Source of the DNA: Phyllosticta citribraziliensis
Lineage: Eukaryota
Length of the DNA: 64,000 bases
Direction: 5' to 3'
NCBI RefSeq assembly: GCF_038025025.1
Contig: NW_027117344.1
Coordinates: 1,674,001-1,738,000 of the forward strand
Shown: positions 22,001 through 33,973 of the stretch, piece after piece
How positions within the stretch are numbered: the first letter of the stretch is position 1
Layout: every line of letters starts with the position of its first letter
The notes under the pieces: model-generated
What the model was told of the DNA's origin: nothing
The model's database searches: none
The model's input: the letters and a program-made list of their open reading frames with translations, nothing else
Program-made: the position numbers and the translations under genes

Positions 22001-24740
22001 TGGATCCCGGCTCAGGGCTTTGTCGGTTTCGACCACAGGCAGGGGACTCTTCATATCCTGGCTTCGATGCCTTGCTGCCACCAGCGGAAGCGGATCCATT
22101 CATTGAGACAGACTGCTGGTGAGAACCAGAAGATCTGATGCTGTCCTTCTGGCTCTTCTCTGAGCTTTCCGTCTCAGAGGGTTTGCCGGAGGCGATTGCC
22201 TTGCCCTCTCCCTTGTCGTCAACCTTGACTTTGTACACGACCTGGCCGCTCTCATCGACAAGCTCATTACTCGGGTTTAGAAAGAGCTCCTTGACTTTGC
22301 GGCCACTGGATGTCTCCTCGTGGATCGTTGTAATCTTTTCTCCACCGCCCTCAGACTTGACAGAGGCGGCTTCTTCGCGGCGGGTCTTCTTCTTAGCCTT
22401 GGTCGAGGATCCCTGATGGCCTGTTGACGGAGTAGATCTGCCACTCTTCGATGATTCAGCAGTCCCTCCGTCGGCAGTCTTCTTCGCATCCCGAGAGGAA
22501 GTACTTGTTTCGGCAGTGGAGGGGCGAACGATTCCCGGGAGATGGCTACCAGAGTCCAGAGTAGGGATGGTGCTTCTAGCATCTTGAGGGGAGTACTTTG
22601 TGTTGAAAGGGCGGTTCTTGCCGTTGTTGAAAGGCCTGCGATCATTCAAATTCCGATTGCGAGGGGGTTGATTGTTACCCGCGCCGATTTTCGCAGAATT
22701 CATGGAGAAGGCCGGGTCGTGTGGGGGAAAGCTACCAGGAGCCCCTCGTAGATTGGGTTGAAATTGGGTGACGTGCAAGCGCATGCCCAGGTACTCGGTC
22801 GAATGAAGCTTCAGCGCCTCTTGAATATCGGCGACGTGAAAGAAACTGAGAAGGGCATATCGTCTGTTGGTCTTTCCAAACCTGACCATGACATTTTCGA
22901 TACTCTTCCCAATCCTGTTGGAAAAGAGGGTTCGAAGACCGTGCGCGTGCTCCATATCATTACCATAATCGGGGATGTTGGTCACGTAGATCGTGAGAGG
23001 ATTGTGATTTGTCACGTAAGAAGGGAATGGCTCGGTGTTGATACCCCCGCCCGGAGGATTGTTCGCGCCTATACCATTGTCACTTGGATGACGGTCGTGA
23101 AAGGTCCCAGCGTGACCGCCGCGGAACGAGCCTCGACGGTTCTTGCGGCCAGGAGGACCCGCCAAAGAAGAGCGTCTGTCTCTACCAGGCTGGGCAACAA
23201 AATCATGTGAATTTTGATGCGGGGGAAAGACACTGTCGATGTGCTGGACCTGCGGTGGCGGAAGGTAGTCGTTCCGAGAAGTCGACACGCGTCGCCTGTT
23301 GCCAGCTTGGGGGCCGTACTGATGCTCCATGTTTGTCATGTTTCCGAGGGCTGCACTTCCCGGGTATGGAGAAGACTGAGGGAAAGGTGGCCCAAAGGAA
23401 CCAGGGTGCTGCATGAAAGGATGCTGCTGAGTTGGATACGCGTGCTGCATCTGGGGCGTAGTCTGGCGGCTCATGTCCGCCTTGAGGGTGTTCGAGATGA
23501 ACATAGGCGGAGGATCGACAGAATTGCGATGACCGAAGCGAGTAGGGGCTTGATGTTGCTGCTGGATAGGCATGCCGCTCTGCCACTGGTTTCCATTGGG
23601 AAATGGGGCGCCAGGCATCATCGGTTGAGTCTGCATCGGCGCGAATCCCGGGCCTCCCATCAACATTTGATCCAAGCTGGCGTGGGGAGCTGGTGGGGGG
23701 GACATGAAGCCCGCAGGCGGGTGGCCGTTCCTTTGGTCATGCATGTTCATCCAGACGGGTCCCGCAGGCTGGTAAAGCGGAACCTGAGTGCCTCTGCGCG
23801 GATTGAAAGCTGGGCCCTTGTGCGTCGACGCTTGACTCTTGACATGCCTGTGTGGAGAGTTCCTTTGGTCGTTGTTGATCAGAGTAGCAGGCGAAGAAAC
23901 AGTAGTCCTCGGAGTTGGTGGGGCAAGTGTAGTGGCTTTCGTTGCGCATGGAGAGGAGGCCGATGTTTGAACGGTTTCCTGCTTCTTCCCAGACTCATTC
24001 GAGCGAGTAACGTGAGTCTCGAGCTTGGGCGGCTCCTCGGGCGAAGGCCGAATGTGATCTGCCGATTGATCGTGGTCTGTGATGTTGTCTTCAGGAGGTG
24101 GAGAGGGTGCAAGAGGCATAGAGCCTTCGTGGTGGTCTTCTGCTTGAGGCTGCGAGGAAGCAAGCTTAACTATTGGGGTTTCTTCGGAGAGAGTGGGAAG
24201 CGGAGATGCTTCAAGTGCAACAACCTCAATGTTAAGAACAGCTTCCACGGCCTGACCGGAATCAGCTTCGGCTTTCTTCTTGGCCCAGAAGACGAGATTT
24301 TTGCGAAGGATTGACAGCGCGTAAACGAGAAACATTCGGCCGCGTTCCTCAATTTCGGCCTGAGAAAAGACAGCGACGCTTTTTCCATCTCTTACCTGCA
24401 TGATTTTGCTTTTGTTTTGTGTCGCCCATGCCTCAATGAAGATGGAGCAGGCTTGGTGGTTGGTTTCGGCGATGGTGTCAAGAACCTTCCGAAGAAAGTG
24501 CGTGCCGAGGAGCTGGCAGTCGTAGGGGTCGAAATAGTCTTCAATGTCGAAGTAGCCCTGGAAGATCTGATTGCATTCATGGGGGTAGGTTTGGCGCAGC
24601 CAGTAAGCGTGCTGGTGCACTTGGAATTGAGAAGTGGCCGGGTTACGCGCAACGGGCGCGTTGGGAGGCTGCGGCGCCGCACGAGGCAGGTACCTTCCAC
24701 CTTCAGTTGAGAAGAAGGCCATTCCAGGAGCGGGGGCCAT
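19045..24740 (-). CDS. Very large (about 1,880 aa), mostly low-complexity protein with one RRM domain
   Basis: Exons 24740-20397, 20345-20184, 20127-19045; introns GTATTT..GCAG and GTAAGT..AAAG keep frame. RRM-like LTIYVTNIP..VMVRFGKTNRRYALLSF..EALKLHSTEYLGMRLHV, P/Q/M-rich region, Lys-rich patches. Confidence 0.8.
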
Positions 24741-25661
24741 GTTGAACGCTGGATCCGATGAGTGAACGCCGATGAGGGAACGTGAGATGTGCTAGAAAGT
24801 ACGCTCGTGACGTCGCTCAAATGCGACCGCGTCACCGAATCCTTAGAGCGAGCCAGATACCCAGCGGGCGAGGGATCTCTGAACGCGGCAAGGAAACAGT
24901 GATACTGAGGGTATGAGAATAAGCACAGCAGAAGCGATGCAGAGAAAGTGGAGAATCAAAGGGTCTTGGTGGGTAAGAGGAAGGGCAGAGGGGTGATGAG
25001 AGGGTGGAGTTGACGAGAGATGGAGGGCGCCGAGCCTAGGACGAGGAGTACCGCCGGCAAACAAACCTCAACAATTGACGCGTTGTCGGGGAAGGTGGAC
25101 TGGCTGCGACTTCCTTAATGAAGACTGCGGGCGCCCGCCGTCAAAACCACAAGCACACCACACGTGACTGTGACCGACTCTTCAGGAAGGCCAACTGAAC
25201 TGCTCCCTGTGTCTTCGGCCCCTGGCTTGCTCACCAACTTTGAACTCTCTCTTGAGCAGATTGCTAGACACGCCAGGCGTTGGCTTTCTCTGGATTTCGT
25301 CCTCTTTCTTAAAACAATAGATGTGGTTCTTCGCACAAACAAGAAGCAAGACAGTTTGGCAGCAAACGCTGCAGGCAGGCTTTTGATATGTCTTCTTACG
25401 GACGAGTTTGGAAGCGAGCTGCTTGCGCCACGGTTCACAAGCAGCGCAGAACTCGGTTCACCATTACTCATTCAGCAAAAGAATCTCCTTGACCTGTGTT
25501 GGCATACTTTCCTTGCATGGTTCACGAATTCAACGAGCCATCCGTGGACGGACAAGTTACCCCCAACAGTGCATACTCTTACAATTTTACCCCCGATCCG
25601 CTGATGCAATCCTAAATTGAGGCTCCTAGGAGCAGGACGGTGTAATTGTACCTCAGAATGC

Positions 25662-26280
25662 TCACGAAGAACCCTTCTTCTGGCTCTCCTTGAGCAGCTC
25701 CAGAATCTTCGACTGGTTCTCGCCAATGACGACCTTGCCAGCCATCCAGTCAACAACCTGGAAACACATCGTCAGCCCTGCACATGAAACGCCGCCATGT
25801 CGACGGCCAATCGACTTACCAACGGCCTCGAGATGCTGTTTGCGTTCAGCTTGAACTTGCGCACAGCGTCCTCCTCGGTCGACGCGCCCTGAATAATCTC
25901 GCCCGCCCTTTCCTGTCCAATGTATTCCAGAATCGTCCTGACCTGATCCGTGGTCGGTGGCGCCTCCTGGACATCCAGGTCAAACTCCTGGTGGTTGAGT
26001 TCGTGCTGAGGGGTCGAGTCGGTGGCTTGGTCAATCGTTGCCGTCGACTTTGCGTTGGCTTGCGCTTGCTTGAGGAAGGTGAGGACGCGGGAAGAAGCCG
26101 ACGAGGATGGCTCGTGGAAGACAGTTATGACGTTTTTGGAAGCATTCTGGTGAAAATGTTGGCGGTGCTCGTTGGAGGCGCGTTTGCGCGCAATCGCCCT
26201 CAAGGGCATGAAGGTGACGCTGCACTTACCTCGCCAAAGAGCTTGCCCATGATACCTCTTCTGATGAGCGTGGGAAACAT
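25662..26280 (-). CDS. DUF1687 / Fmp46-like thioredoxin-fold mitochondrial protein
   Basis: Exons 26280-26230, 26146-25820, 25757-25662. Basic N-terminus MFPTLIRRG resembles a targeting peptide. Family motifs VITVFHEPSSSASSRVLTFLKQ, FDLDV.E.PPTTDQVRTILEY, RPLVVDW..GK. Confidence 0.85.
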
Positions 26281-26751
26281 GATGCGCGTTCTGGTGGTTG
26301 TTTGTCGATGGGGGCAGTGTTGAAACGACCAGGCGAGGTTGGTTCAAGTTCGATGGCATGACGTCTGAAGCTCGAGCAAGGGCCCCCAGAGACTCCCGCT
26401 TTTCCGCTCGGGGAAGTCCGCAGCTCCGCACGTGGCACGCCGTTCGGAAAAAAGGCCTTTCCTTTTGCAGTCACCGTTATGAACCATTCCTTGATGAAAC
26501 CTGGCTTCTCTACAGCAAGATATTTACTACAGGTCTAGATATATCGACATCTCAACATGATATGTACTGCTGTCTTATGCCCAAACCTGCCACATGCAAC
26601 CGCTTCAAAAATGCTCATTTCCAAACAAAGACCCTTCTTCGCTGGCCGTCTATTCATCGCTGTAGAAATAACGCCTCGCTAGACAGAGTTTGCAATCAAG
26701 ACAAGGAATCGCAGGCTGAGAATAGCAAGAGAGGAACAAAATCAATCCGCG

Positions 26752-28599
26752 TTACCGACGCCGCGACTGCAGCAAACCGCTCCGTTCGTCCGTCTTTGAT
26801 GCATCATCTTCTGCCTCGTCATCTGCTTCGTCGTCGTAATCTTCTACGCCTTCTTCCTCATCCCAATCGTCGGCTTCGAGGCCCGCGCCGCGAATGCCGA
26901 GACTGAGCAAGAATCCGATGAAGGCCACGCCTCCAAAAACACCAAAGGCCATGGCTTCGCCCTTGGGTTGGATGCGAGTGGCTGCGGAGAAAAGACTGCC
27001 AGAAATGAAGGGGCCGACCGCACGACCTGCTGCGGAGAGGGTTTGGGCGAGACCATTTAGCGTTCCGAGGACCGAATGATTGGGTGCCGAGTTGGTAATC
27101 TACCGTTGGGTCAGTAATGTCTCGATATCCGCGTCATGAAGAGCTCATAAACATACCAAAAGAAGAGCGGACGTCAATCCACCAACCGCGGCGATGGTCT
27201 TGATGATGAGCACAAAGCCCAGTTCAATCCACATGACGGCCTTGCCTCGTCCAAGACCAAGACTCCCGTCGCCATTCTTGTAGCCCACCCACGGCATAAG
27301 CAAAAACGCCACCACGAATGCTGCCATGCTGACCCTGTACGTGACCTTGTTCCCAATCTTCTCTCGCAGCCTCCCATATATACCAACCTGAAAGATGATG
27401 GTGAATACACCGGCGAACGACAAAGATACTCCGATTTCGGTCGGGCTCAGACTGCGACCAGTAGGCGGAGGTGCTTGCGCAAAGATCGGGAAGAGGGAGT
27501 TGTAGGCAATGTTTGCGAATTGGAAAATGAGAAACGTGAGGAGGAGGAGAATCGTGTCCCGATTAAGAACCTCGCGCTGGGTAAGCTTAGAGAGTTGCTC
27601 CCCGGAAGACACATTCGGGAGGACCGCGGGTATAGAGCTGTCGGTATCGGACTCCTCCTCCTCCTCGGCATCCTCCTCTTCGCTTGATTCAACACCATTG
27701 GGCTGGTGATCTTTGCCAAAGATGCGCCGTAGGTATGCCGGACTTCGACTCGAGCTTGCAAACTGCCATACCCAGACAAACAGGTTATGGATCCTCTTTC
27801 CGAGCGGCGGCAGACTTCTCGCTTCTTCTAGACTCTCGTCCAAGAAGAACATTGTGAGGACCATGTCAATCAACAGAATGGCTGCCGAGAACAAATTCGG
27901 CGCCAAATACGGGTAAGGATTCTTGTGTCCCTTTTTGAATGGGTTGTTCTTGAAAACCATCAATCCGCCCACAATGGGCCCGGTGATTGCGCCCAAGCCA
28001 TACACCACGGGCAGATAGGTAAAGGCTTGCGACTGATTACTCTTGTCGGTGATTTCGCCCAAGCACGTCGAGACGACACCCTGGTTGCCATTGACAAGAC
28101 CCAAGCATATCTGCACGATGATGGCCTGCCACAGCGTCTTGCAGAAACCAAAGGCCACGAAACACGCCGCTGAAAATAGCGTGCCCATCAGTACCACTGG
28201 CTTGCGCCCTATGCGGTCCGACAGCCAACCCCAGAAGAAGTTTGTAACGAACTGGGCCAGAGCAAAGGACGAGGCAATCAGCCCGACGTAGAGGCCGACT
28301 TTCTCCTCCGTGACCTCTGGGAAGGTGGTGGCCATCTCCGGGAGATATGGGCTTATGGAATTGAAGGCCGTCTGCTCGGCCAACGAGATGACGGCGAGGA
28401 TGGCGAGCTGCCTGACAGGAAGCGGTGAGACGCGATGCGCGCCGGATTCGGTCGACTCATCGCTCCTGAAACCTGAGGGCGAGGACGGAGAGGGAGGGGC
28501 GCCGCGCGACGAGGGAGGTTTGATGGTCGGAAAGGTTTGATAGTGCAGGGTCGAGGATTTTCGTGCTGCTCCCAGGCTGGGCCTGGTCAATCGCTTCAT
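26752..28599 (-). CDS. Major facilitator superfamily transporter (ZIFL / YCR023C-like)
   Basis: Exons 28599-27157 and 27099-26752 (intron GTATGT..CTGAC..GTAG). MFS motif A GWLSDRIGRKP, multiple TM helices, LGTLNGLAQ..AAGRAVGP. Confidence 0.92.
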
Positions 28600-30281
28600 G
28601 GTGGGGAAAAGTGGAAAGGATGTGAGCGGGACGGGGAGTGCAGGCGCAACGGCGGCCGGGATGCGCAAGGTTGCCGTCGCTCTTGGACAGCTGCTGAAGT
28701 CCTACGACAAGCAGGCATATGCACTGGGAGTTCGCGGCGGATATACGAAGAGGGGTTGGGAAGAAAATGTCAGTCGTGCTCCGTAGTCGGTGGTCACGCC
28801 CGAACGGTTGTTTTTCCTGTCCCAACTACGTCAGATGGCCGTGCCTAGGCCGGCTGTCAGCACTAAAATTCCATCCGGGCTCACCCTGTTTCTACCCTAC
28901 CCCAACCTCGTCTCGTCTGCCAGGTCTTTGGTTCATCACCATCTTGTCTGCACGCTCGTGTTTTGAGAGATGCGCCGAGTTTTTGGTCACGGAGCGAGGG
29001 CATTTGCATGTACAAATGGTATGAATCATTCACAGTCCACCCATGAGCGAGTCTCCTCAGGAACTGCTTCTCGAAGAACATGGGATGTATGCAAGGATTT
29101 TGATAAAGTCTTCCTGTTTTGGAGCCAAGAAGCTGGCAGCAGATAGAAATGCTCAGCACTTGATTGGCTGCCCTAGGCGCCGCCAACAGGAGTGGTCGTG
29201 AGCTTAGTCCTGTCACGCACGACACAAGCATCTCCAGGAATGTAGGCTATTATTCCTGATCAGAGTCATGCCGTTTGGCGCGGGCATGACTCTTCAAGTC
29301 GAATGTCATGAGCGCTGGTCATGATTCAGCTCGATGACGAAAAGCAGGTGAATCGAGCATAGGGAGAGAAAGAATTGTCAGAAGATGAAAGAGACAAGGT
29401 ATCCAGTCGGTACAAAAGCGTGGACAGCTAAATGCCATACAGGTATTGCGCTGTTTGCCATGTCAAATGACCCGCTCCAGTCGCTCCATGAGCTGCCAGA
29501 CATGCTTCAAAGCCACTATTGAGAAGCATGGCTGCAGCTGAATAGCAGCATAAAGTGCGCGCGAGCACAAAGGGAACTTGGCCATGGCGTAGGTCGTGCA
29601 AGACGTGGCACTCGTATCTGGAAACGCCGCATGTCTGTTTCTTGGAGTGAGGAGACCCACGGCTCCTTCAAGCCATGATCGGTAGAGGCGCAAGTCGACA
29701 TCATGCGCTTGTTGCCGAGGTTGGCTCTAGGTATAATTTGACCAATTCTGTTCAAGCTGCTGCGACGACTCTGTCGCGTGATTGATCGGGAAGACTTAGG
29801 AAATGCTCGTGGTCGCAGCGTTTGAGTACTGCGAATGGCGCTGCGTGTTTTGGGCATGCCTGAGTTAGGAATCATTTCAATAATTTCGCATTCACGGTGT
29901 CGCAGCTGAATCAACTTTGAGGCGCACAACGAGCGTTTGATTGCAAGCTGTACTTTTTTTGAAAGGCACTCGCGAAACCATAAGTCCAGACAGTGCGCCT
30001 TCAATGTCCCCTTCCTCCCAGAGAAAGTCCAGGGAATCCTCGTCAAAGGTCCTCAAACGGGAATCTTGGTGTCTCCCATTCTCCGAAGGACGAGCATGCC
30101 GGTGGTTCCTTCTGATCCAGAGTCATATTCGCATTCCGTTGCCGAGTCGTGCAGGAAGAGGAAACCAGTTGAGAATTTGATCGAGTAACATCGTAAACCC
30201 TTTGATCCGCCGCCTTTTCAGAAAGCTCCTCCTTTTCCCAGAAGTTGCTCCGTCATCTTCGGTTCAGGTCGGTTGGGTTGT

Positions 30282-30657
30282 TTACGAGGTCGGGTTGGGG
30301 TTCATCTGTAGTGTGTGAGCGGGGAGGCATCAAGTTGGTTGTCCGTTGGGATTGCTCACCCTCCTCTTGCCACCGGTCATGGTGACGTTGACGAAGCGGC
30401 GAGTGTACAATATTCTCTTCTTCGCGCGGCCCTTGGGGGTCTTCTTCTTCTCCTGGGGCTCAACCTGTAGCGTATCGTTGTCAGCGTCGTGGTCCCGTAC
30501 ATCGACGGCCCTGCCGTTGCGGCCCGTAGACGCCCAGTTGCTAATTGCCTCCTCTTTGTTCTGTCTCCAGGATTTCGGGTTTCGAGAGATTTCGTACCTT
30601 GGGAGTCTGCGACTTGACCTTACCGGCACGCGCGAGGGAACCGTGAACCTTACCCAT
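30282..30657 (-). CDS. RPS30: 40S ribosomal protein S30 (eS30)
   Basis: Exons 30657-30598, 30464-30360, 30305-30282 translate to [62 protein letters not shown]. Confidence 0.97.
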
Positions 30658-30693
30658 GTTGGCGGTTGGGTGTTAACGACGAAGGTGATTTGA

Positions 30694-30835
30694 CTGAGTG
30701 GCGAAAGCGTTAGCGGTCGGGGTCGGCACAGAGCGTCTGGATGGCTCGAAGAGAGCGCCAGCGAGGGTTTTATAGACGGCGAGCGCGAGAGTGGTCCTGG
30801 GCGCGGGACGGGCTGGTGTTGGGGGGCGCACTTAC
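30694..30835 (-). other. Probable 5'-UTR intron of RPS30
   Basis: GTAAGT at 30835, branch GCTAAC, acceptor CTCAG at 30694, 36 nt before the ATG. Confidence 0.7.
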
Positions 30836-31339
30836 AGATTGGGGGTGTCGTCGGTGATGAGTCGTCGTGGGAGGGCGGCGAGGCCAAATTGGAGATGTGG
30901 GAGTCACTTTCTCGGCTGTCCGGAAAAACAACGGCGCCAGTCCTAATTGGGCCACCGCAGTTACCTTACCACCCAACCGCCCACCTCAACCATGGAAACG
31001 GTGCCAAACAACAAATTGCGTCCAAACTCCAGAATCTCCCTTGTCGAAAAGAAAGTAATTGTTGAGTGCTGCCCTCAAACACCTGTTTGGATAAGTCTGT
31101 TTACAGGTACCAGAGACGGGAGCCTCTGAATATGCCAAGCACGTGCACAGACGGCTGATTCGGCCCCGGTTATCAATCTCCGTTATCGCCACGATCAGCT
31201 GCCATCTTTCGACCATTCTCTAGACTACGACATACATCATATTGATCCTACTTCCCCGCCTCTCTATTATTTGCCCGATAGTGGTGGTTCAAGCCCTCCT
31301 CTGTCCTCCTCCTCCAAGCAGCCTGTCCAACAGTTCAAT

Positions 31340-32122
31340 ATGCATCTTCTCGCATCTCTGGCAGCGGCTTCGCTCGCAATTGTCCCCGCGGCATCATCTC
31401 TCCTCCCGCCGCCTCTGCCCGTCTTCACCAACTCCAACGATGACGCCAACGCCAACTACCGCATCCCGACGGTCCACGAGTCGGCCGTCATGGCTCGACG
31501 CATCCTGCACCTGACGCCCATTGGGACGCTCGCAACAGTCTTCCCCTCGGAAAGCTCCAAAGACTACCAAGCCGCCGAGAACCGTCCGCACGACGTGGGC
31601 AACACGCCCATCGGGCTGCCCGACTACATTGCCGACTGCGAGCACAGCACGGGCAACCCGACGCTGCTGGCCATCACGATCGCGACGACGTTCAAAAACG
31701 CAGCCGCCGGCTCCAACGTCAGTCTCTCGCTGTCGTGGACGCCGCCCGACGCCCACAAGCGCTTCTACTCGCCCGCGAGCCTGCCGCGCTTCTCGCTGCA
31801 GGGCTACTTCGAGGACTACACGCCCGCCGAGGTCCTGCAGCACGCCGTGCCCGCGTGCTTCGCAAAAGCTCACCCGGACGCCGTGAGCTGGTATCCCGGC
31901 AATCCCATCCACTCGAGCAAGTGGTCGCGGCTGGTCGTGACCGAGGTGTACTGGATCGGCGGCTTCGGCGACCGCGCTTACATTGGCTGGATCCCCGTCG
32001 AGGAGTGGAAGAATGTCACCAGGGCCGAGGTCAGGGATTGCGTGCTGCCTGGCGAGGAGAAGAGGAGCTCGTGGAGAGAATGGTTGGGCTTGGGCCCGAA
32101 GGAGAAAGTCTTTGAGTTGTAG
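31340..32122 (+). CDS. Secreted CREG-like / pyridoxamine 5'-phosphate oxidase-fold protein
   Basis: Signal-peptide-like N-terminus MHLLASLAAASLAIVPAASS. Motifs IPTVHESAVMARRIL, GTLATVFP, PIGLPDYIADCE..GNPT, LPRFSLQG, CF..HPDA..W.PGN.IH, VYWIGGFGDRAYIGWIP. Confidence 0.88.
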   Translation: MHLLASLAAASLAIVPAASSLLPPPLPVFTNSNDDANANYRIPTVHESAVMARRILHLTPIGTLATVFPSESSKDYQAAENRPHDVGNTPIGLPDYIADCEHSTGNPTLLAITIATTFKNAAAGSNVSLSLSWTPPDAHKRFYSPASLPRFSLQGYFEDYTPAEVLQHAVPACFAKAHPDAVSWYPGNPIHSSKWSRLVVTEVYWIGGFGDRAYIGWIPVEEWKNVTRAEVRDCVLPGEEKRSSWREWLGLGPKEKVFEL

Positions 32123-33973
32123 GGGATGATTGGGATATTATCGCGCGGGTACCACCCCTAAAAATGGTGAGAATACGACATTACGAGGTGATGGATCAGC
32201 GGGAGTAGCTAGCATGGAGCATTTTGGAGCGGCATTGAGCCCTGCGCCATGCAGTCGGCGCTTTTCATTATCTTTATTCCCTTGGAGTTGGTGGATAAGT
32301 TGATCAATCTCTTCTCCCAGTCTTTGAGCGAAGACAAGAAATACACGCGTCTCTCTTCTCCCATTGCAATTCTCCGACAAGAAAGAATCAAATGTGATAG
32401 TCCTCGCCCGCATCTGCCCAAGAGCAAACGAGTCCCCTTCTGCGTTCAGATTTCTGCATCTCCCAAGGTACTTGTTGATATTCGAAACTGTTTAGTGACG
32501 AGAATCAAGTCCATCCCAATGCACACACTGAACCCACCAATCTTCTCAACAAACTTACCACTTTCAGAATCATTGCGTCAAGCAACCTCTTCTGCACTTC
32601 TCAAACGAATTTTCCAAAAAGGGGTTTGCTCGGCCAAGAGAAAAATTGAAAGTGACAACACAGTACAAACCATCCTACTGCGCCCAGAATATTACTACCA
32701 CAACGCCAGGCTTCCCAAACACCACAGCACAACATCTACATGTCAACAACGAAAGGAGAAGCAAGGGATCAAGGCGCGTGCAATAGCAGATTGTCATTTC
32801 CAGTCGATCTAATTTTTGATCTAAGAGCATTACCTCCACCCACGCATTCATCCAACCACTCATCCACCCATAACCCCATCCAGGCCTTCGTCAGCTAGCT
32901 TTTGTTGTTCTCAAGACATGTTCCCTCCTCGTCATCACCACCACCAAGACGTCTGATGCGAGACGAAGAAAGGAAATTAAAGGAATGGAAAGCGAAGTGA
33001 ACGAACAAAGCGCTATGAGAGAGGCAAAGCAGCAACAGTGGGAAGCTTCGAGAAAAGACAAGTAAGGCTATCAGGACAGAGAGGACAGTCTCAATGCTGG
33101 CCAAGGGAGACAGCGCAGCACGCGACCTCTCCAACGTCGCATCCTCTTCCCGACATCAATGCAAGAACACTCCTGTCCGCTTTCCAAACAAGGATCAGGA
33201 GGAGAAAAGGAGACGGCATACGACGAAGCTTTGAACAAGAAAGAAACAAAAAGAGATGGAAGCGCAAAGATATAACGGGCAACTCTGCTGTAGTAGTACG
33301 CAAACACTAAGCAAAAACCCTCCACCAACCACCACCAGGCTCTCTCGAGACCCCCTTCCAATACCATTTTGTTTCAACCACCCTGTAACCCATCCATTCC
33401 ACCCCGGCCCAACCTGCTGCCGGTAAACATGCCGCTTCGCCTTGTAAAAGAGCAAATTTGTGTTGTTTTGGGAATCCGCCGCATTACCTAGCCAATTACT
33501 TTAAGGGTTAAAGAGCGAAAAGCAAGGGGGGAAGACAAGCAAAAGAAGTCGCAATCGAAGTGAAGTAAAAGGAAGCACGGGAGCGAAAGGACAGACCCGC
33601 AGGAAAAGAGTCGCCGCCGTGATGTAACGTAAAGGGGAGAGAGAGCAAAGGGAAGAAAACACAAGAGCTTCGAGTCGGAAGTTAGGGAACGGGTGGGCTA
33701 TTAGACATGATTGGTATAAGGCATGCTTTGCGATCCAAGTGAATGCAGAGCAAAGACAACCCAACTTCATATCACCCAACCCGGCTGGGTACCTCTGTTA
33801 AAGTTGTCAACTTTGTGTTTTCCAACAGTGGATTTGCCAATACTGATTTCAAGCGTCGAGGCCGAGGTCCGACCAGGTCTGCGGAAAGGCCCGCAATGGT
33901 GATGTACCGTGGATCGGAGCAGTGTCGCTATTGTCAATTGTAGTCGTTTGTGCGCCTCGTTTTCGAACAGCGC

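Noticed and set aside
23214..24314. 366-aa plus-strand ORF
   Set aside because: Antisense shadow of the RRM gene.
29516..30188. 176-aa and smaller ORFs downstream of RPS30
   Set aside because: No motifs, non-ATG starts and no supporting splice pattern.
32249..32812. 187-aa plus-strand ORF
   Set aside because: It lies between converging 3' ends, is AT-richer than real genes here, and has no recognisable similarity.
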